A DNA stretch of 64,000 nt from Chrysomallon squamiferum (taxonomy: Eukaryota; Animalia; Mollusca): assembly GCA_012295275.1 (NCBI GenBank), contig CM022670.1, forward strand, positions 32,426,001 through 32,490,000, written 5' to 3'. Below the pieces are notes generated by a model, which worked only from the letters and a program-made list of their open reading frames with translations, was not told where the DNA came from and searched no databases. The position numbers were made by a program, and so were the translations under genes. Shown one piece after another: positions 63,408-64,000 of the stretch; position 1 is the stretch's first letter; the number at the start of each line of letters is the position of its first letter.

Positions 63408-64000
63408 ATTTTATGTATGCCTTTCCTTAAAAAGGAAAATACATATCATTAACACTGAATCATGGAACAAGGGTTGAATGGGAAATAGAAAAAAGATTCA
63501 TCAAAAATATATTTGTTTTTTATTACCTGTTTTTATTTTTTATTTTTATGAATGAATATTGATCATAAGTATATTTCCTAAACAAAGTTTATGTATTTGT
63601 AAAATACTTTTAACATTAGATTTCTGACAGTTATAGAAAACAAGAGCATAAAGTCTTATAAGCCCTTTACTTTCCTTTTTCTTCAAATTAATTGTCGAGC
63701 AGTCTCAACAGTCTCAGTATTTAGTATTAGGAATAATTTTTATTTTTATTTGATACTGCAATTTAATACCTTATTTCAGTTTGGTTTGAATGTGCAAAAT
63801 CCATACTTAAAACAAATATAATAATTTCTATCATTTATTTTTTCATGTCTCTCCCTATTTTTTTTTTCTCAGTCTTTGCCACTGTCTATTTCCCTCTCTC
63901 TCTTCTCTCTAATTATCTATTATCTTTAGTATTTGTTCTTCTGTTTTTGTAAATAATCATAATAAGTAAGATTTTAATCTGTTTTCAAAATAAATTATAC

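Overview
This is very AT-rich, CpG-depleted eukaryotic (animal) DNA, probably from a mollusc or gastropod judging by the SINE-like repeats. That taxon call is an inference. Most of the window behaves like intron. None of the ORFs in the supplied track looks like a real gene; they come from tandem repeats, microsatellites or transposon fossils. The key gene signal is too short for the track: an 80-nt coding first exon at 34683-34762 (+), MQGEVGTLEELQLYRLRNRRHTLANV(R), ending in a consensus phase-2 donor. It closely resembles my recollection of an isoform-specific N-terminus of Drosophila dunce (cAMP phosphodiesterase PDE4). The window is therefore probably part of the large 5' alternative-promoter region of a PDE4/dunce gene. 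A second candidate phase-2 first exon lies at 32407-32498, and a full CRE palindrome at 50288. Other content: a hierarchical tandem repeat (1-4692), a decayed Tc1/mariner transposase (about 7280-8455, minus strand), an L2-like LINE 3' remnant, several degenerate tRNA-derived SINEs, minisatellites and many microsatellites. I see no prokaryotic-type system (CRISPR, operon).
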